A DNA stretch of 64,000 nt from Chthonomonadales bacterium (GTDB lineage: Bacteria > Armatimonadota > Chthonomonadetes > Chthonomonadales > Chthonomonadaceae), in the NCBI GenBank assembly GCA_038216735.1, contig JBBQPY010000005.1:4036-68035 (forward strand), in the 5' to 3' direction. How positions within the stretch are numbered: position 1 is the first letter of the stretch; the number at the start of each line of letters is the position of its first letter. Under the pieces are notes generated by a model, which ran no database searches, was not told the DNA's origin, and worked only from the letters and a program-made list of their open reading frames with translations. The position numbers were made by a program, and so were the translations under genes. Below, piece after piece: positions 19,401-28,521 of this stretch.

Positions 19401-20327
19401 ATGATCATCTTCCTCAGCGCTTTCACCTGCGCGAGGATGGAAGCTTTGCCGCGCCAGACGGACGGCGCGCCTGCTGCCCCCTCGGTAGATACGGCAATCC
19501 CGGAGACTTATCGACTGCGGATACAAAACGTGGAGTACGGGCGGATCGAGGTAAGTTCAGACAGGGGAGCCCATTACCTTTTGATTGGTCGCGTAACTCA
19601 TCCTGCAAGCAAGCTGTTGACGGATGCCACAGCGACGACTCCAGGGGAAATCGTACGCACGGGACAAGATGGATTTGCCTTTGCTGTCGCCGACAACAAA
19701 ATCCTGAAACTACGTCCTGCAATCCCTGCGGCAAAGTCTTCCCGATCGGCACACTCCGGTTCGGTGCAGACAGAAGCGTGTACGCTTCGCGTGAACATAG
19801 CCGCCCGCTCGAGCCTATTCACCGATCTGCTGCCGCCTGTAGGGACAAAGCTGCGCCTGCAGACTTTCAGCAGGGAGGTCATACCGCTCTACAAAACGTA
19901 TACGCTCTCCGAGGGCGACATCTTTGTCTTTTACGTTTGTATGCCCACTACAACCAGTGCGCCCGGTGATACGGCGGCAGCGGCTGCGCACCACGAAACA
20001 GCCGTACAAAGCTTCGTTGGGTTGAGTCGAGACTACGTTCGCAGTGCGATCGAGCGGACACATGGGGATAAAAGCAAACTTCTCTCAGGTCTTCAGACTC
20101 TGAAAATCAAACTGCCTACAAACGATCCCGATCCCGTGGTGACGGTCGTCTATAGCATCGATGGCTGCGACACGAATGGCTTCAGCAATGTCGCACCTTA
20201 CCAATTCGAATGGGACACGCGCCTCGTTCCTGACGGCGAGTATCTGATCGAAGTGCGCGGACTGAATAAGAACAGCACGACGGTTACTGCCCTGCGCCGC
20301 CTCGTCGTCGTCTCAAACCTCAAATAA
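19401..20327 (+). CDS. Hypothetical secreted protein with a C-terminal Ig-like/beta-sandwich segment.
   Basis: Putative signal MIIFLSAFTCA. The C-terminal VVTVVYSIDGCDTNGFSNVAPYQFEWDTRLVPDGEYLIEVRGLNKNSTTVTA resembles an Ig-like/fibronectin-like domain. The start is uncertain and the ORF could begin at 19311. No family was recognised. Confidence 0.4.
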   Translation: MIIFLSAFTCARMEALPRQTDGAPAAPSVDTAIPETYRLRIQNVEYGRIEVSSDRGAHYLLIGRVTHPASKLLTDATATTPGEIVRTGQDGFAFAVADNKILKLRPAIPAAKSSRSAHSGSVQTEACTLRVNIAARSSLFTDLLPPVGTKLRLQTFSREVIPLYKTYTLSEGDIFVFYVCMPTTTSAPGDTAAAAAHHETAVQSFVGLSRDYVRSAIERTHGDKSKLLSGLQTLKIKLPTNDPDPVVTVVYSIDGCDTNGFSNVAPYQFEWDTRLVPDGEYLIEVRGLNKNSTTVTALRRLVVVSNLK

Positions 20328-20520
20328 ATCTGCATTGTTCACTCCACGCTCAGTAGCCAGGAATCAAATACTCCAGGAACCTCATCATGTGATCTTCTTC
20401 GAGACGACAAATGCCGGGTGTATGTATCCTCCTCCAATGCTATATTTCAATGGGGCAGCGCGCATAGGTAAGACGCTTGCTTTTTCAAACGGATTCTTTT
20501 GGTACCTGGTATAATATTCG

Positions 20521-20580
20521 GCTACGCTGGGCGAGTGAAACGCAATCACAGCCCCTTCAAGGTCGAAGGGGCTGTTTCTG
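20521..20580 (+). ncRNA. Candidate small RNA: an extended -10 promoter followed about 35 nt later by an intrinsic terminator.
   Basis: TGGTATAAT (20507-20515) is an extended -10 element. cagccccttc-aaggtc-gaaggggctg-tttctg (20549-20580) is a 10-bp GC stem plus a U-tract. The element lies in the convergent spacer between a + hypothetical gene and the - GGDEF gene. No ORF. Confidence 0.3.
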
Positions 20581-20694
20581 TCATCCCTAATTTTAATAAT
20601 AGCGGAGTTATCTTCTCTGCTGTCTTCTCTGTCGAAATCGGCTGGATCGAAAAATAACTATCGTGTTCGCTTTGTGCCCTGCGGCTGCAGCACA

Positions 20695-21486
20695 TCACGA
20701 TCGATCGGCGCCCCGTTCAGGTGCGCATCGTACGCGATTGCGGCCTGCTGCCTTTGCGGCATACAGCGCTTTATCTGCCGCTGTCATCAATGCCGCTGCT
20801 GTATCCTGCCGGAACAAGGGTGCGAGACCGATAGAAATCGTAATCGGAACTTCGAGCCGACTGCAGTTCTCGACGGCTGCCCGAACACGCTCTGCGGCCT
20901 GGAGTGCGGTCGCCCTGCCGGTATCCGGCAGTATGATAGCGAACTCTTCGCCACCATAACGCGCTGTAAAGTCCCCCTCACGCACCGTATCGTAGAGCAG
21001 ATGACCGATCGTGTGTAGCGCTGCATCGCCCGCGGGGTGTCCAAAAGTATCGTTGTACTGCTTGAAGTTGTCAACGTCTATCAACAGCAGAGACAACGGT
21101 GCTCCAGTACGCTGTGCACGCGCAACCTGACGGGACAGCTCACCACAAAAGACACGGCGGTTGGCGAGGCCTGTCAGACTGTCTGTACTGGCAAGCGACG
21201 CGAGACAGACATTCGTCTTTTCAAGCACTCGGCAACGGGTTTCGAGCGCTTTTTTCGCCTGCAGAAGTTCCTGAATCTGATCTCGCAGCTCAGTCATCTC
21301 GGTTTCGCTGCGCGTATCTATATTTCCTCGCAGCCTGTGGGTCTCTGCGTCAGCGTCTGTGGACGGGCTGGTTCCAGAATGTATGCTCTGCACATCCAGG
21401 GGATATCGAGGGTCGTTTTTCAGCCATGCTGAGGCCAACATCCCCTCTGACTGTCTGCCTCGAAGGGACAGCAAACTTTTATTCAT
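20695..21486 (-). CDS. GGDEF-domain diguanylate cyclase with an N-terminal coiled-coil.
   Basis: Coiled-coil MTELRDQIQELLQAKKALETRCRVLEKT; then SLTGLANRRVF, LLLIDVDNFKQYNDTFGHPAGDAALHTIGHLL, and an intact GGEEF motif in ARYGGEEFAIILPD. RBS GGAG lies 8 nt before the ATG at 21484-21486. The six-frame ORF begins at 21534. Confidence 0.8.
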   Translation of the reverse strand: MNKSLLSLRGRQSEGMLASAWLKNDPRYPLDVQSIHSGTSPSTDADAETHRLRGNIDTRSETEMTELRDQIQELLQAKKALETRCRVLEKTNVCLASLASTDSLTGLANRRVFCGELSRQVARAQRTGAPLSLLLIDVDNFKQYNDTFGHPAGDAALHTIGHLLYDTVREGDFTARYGGEEFAIILPDTGRATALQAAERVRAAVENCSRLEVPITISIGLAPLFRQDTAAALMTAADKALYAAKAAGRNRVRCAPERGADRS

Positions 21487-21956
21487 AAACTTACTCCGCA
21501 CTATATCACTTACTACGCTCGATGAGGAACACAACAGGCAGGGTCATCGATCGTTTTGGAACCTGAATTGCCGTACCGATTTCTCTCTTCTCTACACCTC
21601 GTCCGGAAGGAAGCTGCGAACGCGGCAAGCGCCCGTCACGATCAGATGACCGCCCACGCATCGAGAGGGCAAATCGCTACCTATAAGTATAGTATCTGGC
21701 ATTTTATCGGCATTTCTGTACTGTTCGCCTGTACGGAAAGCGTAACGCTCGGATTTCCGACGAAATCATAACGAATCATACAGCCCTGAATTGAGATGTC
21801 ACACACAAATTTTGGTAAGATTTTGCCGGTAAAAAGCGCATGGCAGCGCTATAGCCAGTGCACAAGCACGTAACCGAGCAATTCACGTCACTGTATTTAC
21901 AAGACGCAATTACCAGATGAAAAGTTCATTGAGACGCAATACCGGAGCAGACCGAC

Positions 21957-22421
21957 TTAGAGTTCGCTCTCGGTCCGCTGGTTCCACCAGCGTTCCGCGA
22001 GTAGGATCGCGACATAGTCGTCGTAAGGGCACGGAGGCGTACGCAAACTGCGGGGAAGCAGCCTCTGCCAGCCGCGCGGAAGGTTTTCGGCAACATACCG
22101 GACGCGTGCCTGCTCGGAGGTATAGGCTTCATCGACGGGCTGTGCGTGGAGCGATAACTGCGCTTCCAGCAGTTGGCGCAGCAATGGCTTTGAGCCTGTC
22201 CCCATACCGACGATCAGAGCAACCGGTGACCAGAGCTGGATTGCGCTTTGGACTTCCGCCACCAACGCCTCAGTGGGCACGATTGCCCGATGCTTCACCA
22301 CGCCAGACTGTGTGACAATGGCAAGCCCGCATTTCGCACTCCCGGGGTCGATCGCAAGCACGGACGCTTCACTTTCGCCAGCTTCAATCAGTCCCGCTTC
22401 TTTTTCAGCCGCTTCTTCCAC
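21957..22421 (-). CDS. YqgF/RuvC-like (RNase H-fold) putative Holliday-junction resolvase / pre-16S rRNA nuclease homologue.
   Basis: VLAIDPGSAKCGLAIV (D-x-G-x-K-x-G-x-A), W.P..LIVGMGTG, VDEAYTSEQARVRY and DDYVAILLAERWW match the recalled YqgF pattern (FDFGTKSIGVAV..IVVGLP..DERLST..DSASAVIILE). Confidence 0.5.
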   Translation of the reverse strand: MEEAAEKEAGLIEAGESEASVLAIDPGSAKCGLAIVTQSGVVKHRAIVPTEALVAEVQSAIQLWSPVALIVGMGTGSKPLLRQLLEAQLSLHAQPVDEAYTSEQARVRYVAENLPRGWQRLLPRSLRTPPCPYDDYVAILLAERWWNQRTESEL

Positions 22422-22513
22422 TGTTTATCCGATTGTTATCTGACGCTTTCTCCGTATTTGGCAAGCCCATCCAGCGCAGATCGCCAATTGCTCCTCGAAC
22501 GCATCGCGCCACG

Positions 22514-24163
22514 TCAACTGCTGCCGGACAGAGCGTTCTGATCGTCAGGAGCGTGTTCGGGTACCAGCGTTAGATGTGCGCTGTCGAGCGGATCGGCGGA
22601 ACTAGTCGGCGCGGCGGCCACCGCCTTCAGGATCACCTTGCCGCCCAGTCGCCGGATACGCTCCATCAACATCCCGATCTCATAGGAGTCGAACTGCCCG
22701 ATCTGACTGACGCCCGTTGCCGGATCGATTTGCGGCAGCGTACCCGCTCGCAGCGCGGCTTCCCGAACGTCTTTCTGCAGGAACTCGGCGATCGCCTCTT
22801 TCAGCGCCGGAAGGGGTTTGCTGGCGTCGATAAGGCGCGTAGCGACGATCGTACCCTTCTCAAAAGCGCGTGTCAGTTTACGGGGTGTCAGCTCGATCGG
22901 AACCACTTCGCCGCGAATGCAGTTATTGAACGCGCTGGCGACCACGACGACCGGCACATCGCTTGCAGTGATATTCTCTACGAGCGCGTTCAGGCTGGCG
23001 CGCTCGTCGGCGTTCTGTGTGCCTGCGGATGTCACGATCTGTTTATCGACAATTTTGACCGCGCGATCGCTGGAACCACGCTCTGCGCCATAGCGCATCG
23101 CGGTGCCGCTCGCGTCTGCCAGCAGTTGATCCAGTTGGGCGCGAACCGATTCTGTGGACTGGTTCGGCTCGATCACACGGCGGGACATTTCGGAACTGAC
23201 CCGCACGCTAATCTCGCCCTGCCGCAGGGCATTGTACATCTCCGTGAAGTTGCGACCTGCCGTGACCGCGCTCGTGTAGAGCGTGTTAAGGGTCGTCTGC
23301 TGAGTCTTGGTTCGTTTTTCGAGGTCGGCGTTGTCAAGAACGAGGCGCGCCAGCTGAAGCTTCCCACGCTCGATGTCTCCCTCCAGCAAGGCATTGATGC
23401 GAGTATATGCCTCGCTTTTGCTTTTCAGAACGGTATTCGCCTCTGTCAACTTTGCGTTGCTTGTGGTAAGCTGCTGCTTCTCTGTGGTCAGGTCCACGTT
23501 CTGCACGCCCAAGTCGTGGTTTGTTTTTGCCAGTATAAGGTTCTCTTGCTCTAGTCCGACATTCTGCTTTGCCAGCTCTTTGTTTATTACAGTTTGCAAA
23601 CCGTTCTGTACGCTGAGGTCGCTGTTCTGTTGATTAAGCTCTCGGATTTGCCTACTCAGGAGAACCTTTTGTGCGTTTAGTTTTTGTGCCTGTGCGTTGA
23701 GGCTAGCAACCTCAGATTGCTTTTGCTCGAATTGCTTCTTTGTTGTGACGAAGAGTGCCTCAGTCGCCAATAACTGCGCGTTTGTCGCTGCCAATCGTGG
23801 ATTCAAAAGATCCAGTTCTGCTTGTTTATCCCCGATTTTTTTTGTGAGATTACGCTGCTCCGCCTCACTCTGCTTGCGAGCGATCACAGTATCCGTCAAA
23901 ATCTTTTTGTTCTGCTCGATCGCGCGTTCACCGTGCAGCACGACATCACGCACTGGCGGCACGATGATCAGCACCAGCGCAATACTCAGCAGTGAGATCG
24001 TTGCGCCGGTCAGACTCGTGATCAGAATCGCGGTGTGCTTCGGGCGTAGCCCGAACTTCGAGATGCGCTTCTTGCCCCAGCGACGCCCCTGCAGGTCGCC
24101 GTAGTAGGCGATGAACGCGCCGAGACCGACCATTACGACGATTAAAAACAGTGTCAGAAGCAT
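22514..24163 (-). CDS. Membrane-anchored long coiled-coil protein, DUF3084-like.
   Basis: N-terminal MLLTLFLIVVMVGLGAFIAYYGDLQGRRWGKKRISKFGLRPKHTAILITSLTGATISLL contains a TM helix and a basic patch recalled from cyanobacterial/terrabacterial DUF3084 proteins. About 300 aa of Q/L/N-rich heptad coiled-coil follows, then an alpha/beta C-terminal domain. Immediately upstream of, and co-oriented with, the YqgF-like gene. Confidence 0.45.
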   Translation of the reverse strand: MLLTLFLIVVMVGLGAFIAYYGDLQGRRWGKKRISKFGLRPKHTAILITSLTGATISLLSIALVLIIVPPVRDVVLHGERAIEQNKKILTDTVIARKQSEAEQRNLTKKIGDKQAELDLLNPRLAATNAQLLATEALFVTTKKQFEQKQSEVASLNAQAQKLNAQKVLLSRQIRELNQQNSDLSVQNGLQTVINKELAKQNVGLEQENLILAKTNHDLGVQNVDLTTEKQQLTTSNAKLTEANTVLKSKSEAYTRINALLEGDIERGKLQLARLVLDNADLEKRTKTQQTTLNTLYTSAVTAGRNFTEMYNALRQGEISVRVSSEMSRRVIEPNQSTESVRAQLDQLLADASGTAMRYGAERGSSDRAVKIVDKQIVTSAGTQNADERASLNALVENITASDVPVVVVASAFNNCIRGEVVPIELTPRKLTRAFEKGTIVATRLIDASKPLPALKEAIAEFLQKDVREAALRAGTLPQIDPATGVSQIGQFDSYEIGMLMERIRRLGGKVILKAVAAAPTSSADPLDSAHLTLVPEHAPDDQNALSGSS

Positions 24164-24201
24164 AACTCTAGCCTCACTCTTGCCTCGAAAAATCCCCGGA
24201 A

Positions 24202-25356
24202 TTAGCGGGATGCGCGCACCGCCAGCACGATGCCGACCAGTGCGCCGACGATATCTGCCGCAAAACTCGCCAGCATCGGGGGCAGCGCGCCCTTGCTACC
24301 GGCGACGAACATCGCATGATAGAACACCCAGTAGAGGAAAACGATAAAAATCGCCATACCGAACCCGACCGCTTTGCTGCCGCCACGCTGCGTGTTCAGC
24401 CCCAGAGCGGCGCCGACGATCCCGAAGATCACGCTCGCCAGCGGCAGCGCGAGCTTCCCGTATAGATCGACCTCTTTACTCATCGCCTCGGCATCATGAC
24501 CCTTGGCGCGGTCCGCGATTATATCGGCGCGCAGTTGTCGGAAACTCTTACGATTAGAGTCGGTAACTTCGGAATTGACAACCTCATTAAAGGTCTTGCC
24601 GACCGTCGCGCCGTTCGGCAGCGTCTGCAGTATGTCGGTGTGAATCGGATTGTTGGGCTCCTGAAAACCCGTCTTCGCATCCCATGCTTTGACCGTTATC
24701 GTTGGATCGTAGTAGGTCCAGTTCAGCCCGCGCTGATCGGCAACGACCGCGTGATCACAGTAGATTTCGGCGAGTGTCTGCCCGCGATGCGCTCCTGTCG
24801 TGCTGAACTTCAGGATCGTTACGCCGCGTATCGTGTGCGTCGGCGCGTCATACCCATTGTCGATTTTGACGAACTCCTCGACGGTCATGCCGTCTTTGCC
24901 CATCACCGAATACGAGAGCGGTCGGTCGGACTTGCCGACCTGCGACATCGCGTCCTGTTTCAGGTTCCACATCGCGGTCGTCGCGGGCGGCACGACGGTT
25001 TCGTTCCAGAGATAGGCGATGCCGCTGACGACGACTCCCATCAGCAGTACGCCGCGCGCGGCGCGCGGAAAACTGACTCCGGCGGCGAAAATCGCAACCG
25101 CCTCACGATCCGAAGAGAGCCGTCCCAACCCCATGAGCGCGGCGAGCAGCATCGCCATCGGAAACGTCTGCGTCACGATACTCGGCAGCGCGTAGAGTAT
25201 GAACTTCAGCACAAGTATCAAAGGAATGCCCTTGACGAGCATATCCGTCGCTTGAAACAGAAACCCTGCCGTGAAGACCAGTATCATGAAGGTCATCAAC
25301 CCGAACAGAAACGGTCCAATCAGGTCCTTGAAGACGAGTTTATCGATCAGTTTCAT
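24202..25356 (-). CDS. LptF/LptG-family LPS export permease (YjgP/YjgQ).
   Basis: MKLIDKLVFKDLIGPFLFGLMTFMILVFTAGFLFQATDMLVKGIPLILVLKFILYALPSIVTQTFPMAMLLAALMGLGRLSSDREAVAIFAAGVS is the canonical LptF/G N-terminus, with 6 TM helices and a periplasmic beta-jellyroll insert. The start ATG overlaps the lptB stop (ATGA). Only one LptF/G-type gene is present in this cluster. Confidence 0.8.
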   Translation of the reverse strand: MKLIDKLVFKDLIGPFLFGLMTFMILVFTAGFLFQATDMLVKGIPLILVLKFILYALPSIVTQTFPMAMLLAALMGLGRLSSDREAVAIFAAGVSFPRAARGVLLMGVVVSGIAYLWNETVVPPATTAMWNLKQDAMSQVGKSDRPLSYSVMGKDGMTVEEFVKIDNGYDAPTHTIRGVTILKFSTTGAHRGQTLAEIYCDHAVVADQRGLNWTYYDPTITVKAWDAKTGFQEPNNPIHTDILQTLPNGATVGKTFNEVVNSEVTDSNRKSFRQLRADIIADRAKGHDAEAMSKEVDLYGKLALPLASVIFGIVGAALGLNTQRGGSKAVGFGMAIFIVFLYWVFYHAMFVAGSKGALPPMLASFAADIVGALVGIVLAVRASR

Positions 25357-26447
25357 TCGTCGTCTCCCGGATGATTTTTGGTGGACGTATTTTCGACAGA
25401 GTCTGTATCAACAGAGTCAGGATGAGAAGCAGGATTCTCTTTTACGTAATTTTTATTGTTTGGTTCCCGATCATTCTCTTGTTCAATACCATGGACATGC
25501 TGACTTGCGCTTGCAGCTGTTTTTTGTGTCGAATGCGGAGCGGGGGTCGAATGCGGGATGGAAACAGATATCGAGACACGCCCGGGGTTGTGGCGCGCGT
25601 CTGCCAGGGTATCTTCACTGGCAATATCTTCGATGTCGTCGTAGATTCCGCTCGCTTGCCGCAGTTCTTCTTCGGCAGCTTCTCGCGCCTCGCGGGCATA
25701 GTCCCGTGTCTGTACGGAGCGTTCGCCGAAGTAAGCGGAACGCGCCTCCGCATTGCCGCGCAGGTCTTTAGAAAGTCCCTCGACCTTGATCTGCCCGTCC
25801 ACAACGATATAGAGGCGTTCGGCGATCCGCAGCATCGCTTCGACATTGTGATCGGTGATCAGAATGCCGATTTTGGCGTCCGACTGTGTGAGCCGAATAA
25901 TGATGTCTTCGATATCTTCAATCGCTTTCGGATCGACGCCGGTAAAGGGCTCGTCGAGGAGAATGAACTTGGGATCGGCGGCCAGCGCGCGAGCGATCTC
26001 GACACGCCGCCGCTCACCGCCCGACAGACGCGAGCCGTATTCATGGCGCTTGTGAGTGATATGCAGGTCTTCCATCAGATGATCGGCGCGTTCGCGGTAA
26101 TCTTTTTTCGAAAGCCCCTGCATCTGAAGGACGAGGTGCAGGTTCTCCTCGACGGTCAGGTTGCGGAAGACGGACGCCTCCTGCGGCAGGTAGCTGATGC
26201 CTGCGCGGGCGCGTTTGTACATTGGCAGGCGCGTGATGTCCTGCCCATCGAGTCGGACTCTGCCGCGTTGCGGCTTGACGAGCCCGACGATCATATAGAA
26301 AGTCGTAGTTTTGCCCGCGCCGTTGGGACCGAGCAGCCCGACGACTTCGCCCTGCTTGACGTTGAGGCTGATCCCATTGACGACCGCTTTTCGTCGATAG
26401 GACTTGAGAAGGTCTTCGGCGATGATTTCGGAGTATGTTTCCTGCAT
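25353..26447 (-). CDS. lptB: LPS export ABC transporter ATP-binding protein LptB with an approximately 120-aa acidic low-complexity C-terminal extension.
   Basis: Walker A GPNGAGKTTTFYMI, Q-loop, signature LSGGERRRVEIARAL, Walker B FILLDEPFTGVD, H-loop ITDHN. The core is about 245 aa. An additional tail, ...DDIEDIASEDTLADARHNPGRVSISVSIPHSTPAPHSTQKTAASASQHVHGIEQENDREPNNKNYVKENPASHPDSVDTDSVENTSTKNHPGDDE, ends in a stop that overlaps the lptF/G start. Confidence 0.8.
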   Translation of the reverse strand: MQETYSEIIAEDLLKSYRRKAVVNGISLNVKQGEVVGLLGPNGAGKTTTFYMIVGLVKPQRGRVRLDGQDITRLPMYKRARAGISYLPQEASVFRNLTVEENLHLVLQMQGLSKKDYRERADHLMEDLHITHKRHEYGSRLSGGERRRVEIARALAADPKFILLDEPFTGVDPKAIEDIEDIIIRLTQSDAKIGILITDHNVEAMLRIAERLYIVVDGQIKVEGLSKDLRGNAEARSAYFGERSVQTRDYAREAREAAEEELRQASGIYDDIEDIASEDTLADARHNPGRVSISVSIPHSTPAPHSTQKTAASASQHVHGIEQENDREPNNKNYVKENPASHPDSVDTDSVENTSTKNHPGDDE

Positions 26448-26496
26448 AATTTGTTATGTTCGCCCGTCGGAACAGCCCTGGTCTCAACCCTGAGAC

Positions 26497-26551
26497 ACGG
26501 GACTGAAGTCCCGGTCTGGAATTGCGAAGTCCGCCTGCGCGGACTGAGACC
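26497..26551. repeat. R1 dispersed two-hairpin REP-like repeat, copy a.
   Basis: gggactgaagtccc GGTCTGGAATTGCGAAGTCCGCCTGCGCGGACTGAGACC. Hairpin 1 is gggactgaagtccc; hairpin 2 is gtccgcc-tgc-gcggac. It lies in the spacer between the lptA-like stop and the lptB start. Confidence 0.5.
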
Positions 26552-26686
26552 GACTGGGGATCTGGTCTCCTCTGCCTCCCCTCTCCTTCGAATAAAAGAA
26601 AAGGAGGGAGAGACAATGCCCTGCTTCTTTCCCTCTCTTAGTGAGGAACGAACGGAGAGGAGAGGGAGAATGGGGTGAGGTCTCTT

Positions 26687-28498
26687 CTATTTCCCAGGCG
26701 CGGTCGATTTCTTATTGGGATTTTTCGCTCTGGTATTGCTATTCTTACCCGGTAGCGTACCCTTCACGCCTGCTTTGGGTATGATCGCCGATTCGCGTGA
26801 TTTGAAGTCGATCACTGTTGTCCCATTGGGACTTTGCGGGTGGAAGTCTTTGGTCGTCAGGTTGAAAGTAAAACTGTCACTCGCGTCGGAAGCATTTATA
26901 TGCAGGGGACCTTCCAATGTTTCAGGGTCGGTGACATCGGCACGATAAGGACCGGTAACGATGACCTGCTGGCTCTTCTCGCTATTCGAGAATACTACCG
27001 AGATGCCAGTTCCAGTGATCGCCTGAAGGACTTTGCCTGATGGAGAAGGCTGTGAAAGCGCGTAGTGTACGTTTTTTGTGGCCGTCGTCGTTTCCAACTC
27101 GCCCTGTTCTGAAAAAGCCCCGACAATCTTCTCGGCTTTGAGTTCTGTAGTCGAGCGAGTGGTTTTATCGCTTGAGGCGAAAGTCGTTGCCGATCCTTCA
27201 AGAGTGGCGGTTTTCCCCGGCTCATAGATACCGCTGCTAAATCCTGAGATCGTGATCGTGCCCAGTCCAAACGGTGGCGCAATCACTTTTTTGTCTTGAT
27301 CGCCCGCCGCGTTGGCTCCTGCCCCCGGATTCGGATTTACCGTAGGAGTGTTCACACCCTGCAGATCGGTTATCGGTTTCTTTTTTCCGGGCTTGGGCGT
27401 GAAAACGATCTTCGTGCGCTGTGCCGAGCCGGAGATCGAGTACTGAGGCGATTTCTTCATCAGTACGGAGAGCTTGCCGACGCTGATATGCGCCGGGCTT
27501 TTCAGCGCGTCGGTATCCGTAATGTCAGCTTCGACGCCGCCATCGAGCACGACCCGGTTCTGCGCAAGATCATAGCTGGCAGTCAGACTCGTACCTGCTA
27601 GTTTTTGCGTACTGCCGCGCACTCCGGGGCTCTGTGCCGTATAGTGAACGCCCCCGCTGGCAGAAGCCTTTTGCAGTTTGCCCTCCTGAGAACTGCCTGC
27701 GGAACTGCCGGCAAATGATGCTTCGATATGCGGGGCGCGAAGTGAGCCGGTTGTTTTTGCTTCCAGATCGGCGGCATCGGCGGTCGTTCCGGCGCCATTG
27801 AAGCTTGCCGACTGCCCGACTGTGAACTCAGCGCTGTCGTAATTGTAAACGTGCAGTGTCGTGGTATGCGGCGGCTCGACGACGCCTTTTACAGTTCGCG
27901 GCTTCCCACGCTGACTCACAACGACATCGTTGGCGTTCGGCGCACCTGCCAGCGTATAACGCATTGATTTGCCGCCGGTATAGATAGTCGCATTTCCGGC
28001 GTGAACGGTCGCCGGTTTGTCGAACTGCGTTGGATCGGCGAGCGTCGCACGCACACCTCCGAGCAGCCGCAACCGCTGCGGCTCCTGATCGTAGACGGCA
28101 CGACTGGCCGTACCGTTCAGCACGCGATCGCCGGTCTTCGTCGTTTCGGTAATCGTATAGCGCAGGTTGCCGCTTATCTCGACCGATGCTTTGTCTTTCT
28201 TATAGCTTCCCGCGATATCGTTAGCCAGGATACGCATTCGAATGCGTCGAGTTTTGTCCGTCGTTTCAACTATAATATTAGGACCGATAAAATGTCCGTT
28301 CGCAAGGTTGAGAATGTTACCCTTGAAGCCCTTCCATTCTGAAATCGTCACGTCCCCGAACTGGGTATGATTAGATGTTTTCGCGTTCTGCTTCGCTATG
28401 GGGACAGTTTGCGCGTTTGCTGAGGGCAGCGCGCTAACCTGGAATGCGGCGGCTAACAGGAGCAGTATTGCGCTGGGATTGCAATTCAAACGAAGCAT
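26687..28498 (-). CDS. Large secreted OstA/LptA-like protein with multiple OstA_N-like beta-jellyroll repeats; candidate periplasmic LPS-transport bridge.
   Basis: Signal peptide MLRLNCNPSAILLLLAAAFQVSALPSANAQ. Repeated segments of the form 'G.V..T..D...V.A....Y', typical of LptA/LptC/OstA N-domains: RAVYDQEPQRLRLLGGVRATL, HYTAQSPGVRGSTQKLAGTSLTASYDLAQNRVVLDGGVEADI, VHYALSQ...VIVTGPYRADV. It sits between the lptC-like gene and lptB. 603 aa versus about 185 aa for canonical LptA. The domain call is weak. Confidence 0.45.
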   Translation of the reverse strand: MLRLNCNPSAILLLLAAAFQVSALPSANAQTVPIAKQNAKTSNHTQFGDVTISEWKGFKGNILNLANGHFIGPNIIVETTDKTRRIRMRILANDIAGSYKKDKASVEISGNLRYTITETTKTGDRVLNGTASRAVYDQEPQRLRLLGGVRATLADPTQFDKPATVHAGNATIYTGGKSMRYTLAGAPNANDVVVSQRGKPRTVKGVVEPPHTTTLHVYNYDSAEFTVGQSASFNGAGTTADAADLEAKTTGSLRAPHIEASFAGSSAGSSQEGKLQKASASGGVHYTAQSPGVRGSTQKLAGTSLTASYDLAQNRVVLDGGVEADITDTDALKSPAHISVGKLSVLMKKSPQYSISGSAQRTKIVFTPKPGKKKPITDLQGVNTPTVNPNPGAGANAAGDQDKKVIAPPFGLGTITISGFSSGIYEPGKTATLEGSATTFASSDKTTRSTTELKAEKIVGAFSEQGELETTTATKNVHYALSQPSPSGKVLQAITGTGISVVFSNSEKSQQVIVTGPYRADVTDPETLEGPLHINASDASDSFTFNLTTKDFHPQSPNGTTVIDFKSRESAIIPKAGVKGTLPGKNSNTRAKNPNKKSTAPGK

Positions 28499-28521
28499 GG
28501 TTTGTCCTTCTGGAGCGTTAG

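Noticed and set aside
25371-26678. Long antisense ORFs with no recognisable motifs and low-complexity Arg/Ala-rich translations: 25371-26678 (435 aa), 54412-55152, 38916-39983, 36404-37423, 15403-16653, 17219-17977, 22574-23554, 10130-11482, 2555-3265.
   Set aside because: Each lies opposite, or out of frame with, a gene that has strong family-level support (lptB, TolB-like, recF, dnaA, fucI, oxidoreductase, DUF3084, MFS, beta-propeller). In 60% GC DNA, stop-free antisense frames of this length are expected by chance.
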